NCBI GenBank assembly: GCA_963819655.1
Contig: CAWFXA010000002.1
Location: 1,728,137 to 1,792,136 of the forward strand
DNA length: 64,000 nt
From: an uncultured Chloroflexia bacterium
GTDB lineage: Bacteria; Chloroflexota; Limnocylindria; Limnocylindrales; CSP1-4
Direction of reading: 5' to 3'
Part shown: in pieces, positions 63,232-64,000 of the stretch
Position numbering within the stretch: the first letter of the stretch is position 1
Layout: the number at the start of each line of letters is the position of its first letter
Translations under genes and position numbers: made by a program
The notes under the pieces: generated by a model
Database searches by the model: none
What the model was told of the DNA's origin: nothing
The model's input: the letters and a program-made list of their open reading frames with translations, nothing else

Positions 63232-64000
63232 ATGACTGAGCTACAGGCTAGGGAGGGCAACCCTCAAGCACGCCGAATCGCGGGACGAGGGGCACTTGGC
63301 ATTCTCCACCTCGACCCTCGGACCTCTGGCCGTCGAGCGATATGTCGCTGCCTATGGACCAGCTTGGAGCAGGAGCGCGGATTTGACTCGGCGGGCATCG
63401 GAAAATGGGACGGACCTCGCTCGGCGACCCGCGAACACTTCTGGGTCGCCTCCAGGAAGGGCCGGAGTTCGACAAGACATTCGGCCACGTTCTTCAGGTC
63501 GCGCCGAGGCACGGTCTTCGGCCTGTTCGCGAGATCAAGGACGGGCGAGAACGTCCTGTATCACCGAAGCGAGCCGTGGAGGCCGCCGACGGCTGGCGTT
63601 TAGCCGACCGAGTGTGCGGGCTGCTGAGTGTCTTTTGGTCTCCTATCTGGGCCCGCGCGGGAGAGCCTTGAAGCCCTCGCGACTGAAGCGGCCACCGTCG
63701 TGGCCGGGGATCGATCTGCGAATTCGAGGAACTCAGACGCGAGTACGTGGAGAGCGTCCTGGCGCGATCGACCCACGTGGATGCGGGTGGGATCAGTCCA
63801 CAGCTCGGCTCGCGCATCGTCCGGGTCCGCCTGAAGGACGTGTACATCGAACCGACTCTGGCCAAAACCGTCGATGCGGATAGTGAACCGCACAATTCGA
63901 AAGACCTGCGCCTTACTCGAACGGGCGATCATTTTGGGCGGACCGGGCGCCAGTAAAAGCACCCTTCTCCGGCGATCGGCAAAGGGTCCGCGATACGTGG
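63232..64000 (+). CDS. Putative HEPN-like domain plus NACHT NTPase (5' part, frameshifted, runs off window)
   Basis: RVRLKDVYIEPTL followed by RAIILGGPGASKSTLLR; upstream DPRTLL...EIKDGR/NVLYH. Confidence 0.55.

Overview
High-GC bacterial window. The gene style (many ECF sigma/anti-sigma pairs, DDN-family oxidoreductases, glpK) suggests Chloroflexota or Actinomycetota; this is inference only. Many genes carry single-base frameshifts, most likely long-read assembly errors. I found no rRNA, tRNA, CRISPR array or transposase. The flanks hold ordinary housekeeping and regulatory genes: glpK, EamA, four ECF sigmas, two TetRs, a VapBC-type TA pair, a two-component system, HtrA-MoxR-DUF58-VWA, an ABC exporter and DinB. 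The main feature is a protease-rich island (about 32.3-55.9 kb, with a satellite module at 17.4-20.1 kb). It encodes three CHAT (caspase-like) proteases with intact His/Cys motifs, two of them membrane-anchored and receptor-like. It also encodes S8, metzincin, M4/M36-like, S41 and C39-like proteases that lack evident signal peptides. Three of these proteases each sit next to a small gene encoding a free-standing copy of their own non-catalytic domain. Candidate effectors are an alpha/beta hydrolase, a tandem UDG-fold protein, an amidohydrolase, a possible beta-pore-former, a heme peroxidase and an atypical P450. I interpret this as a possible intracellular proteolytic cascade for signalling or defence. 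A ~62-bp palindromic intergenic repeat occurs six times, and a probable HEPN-NACHT gene starts at the right edge.
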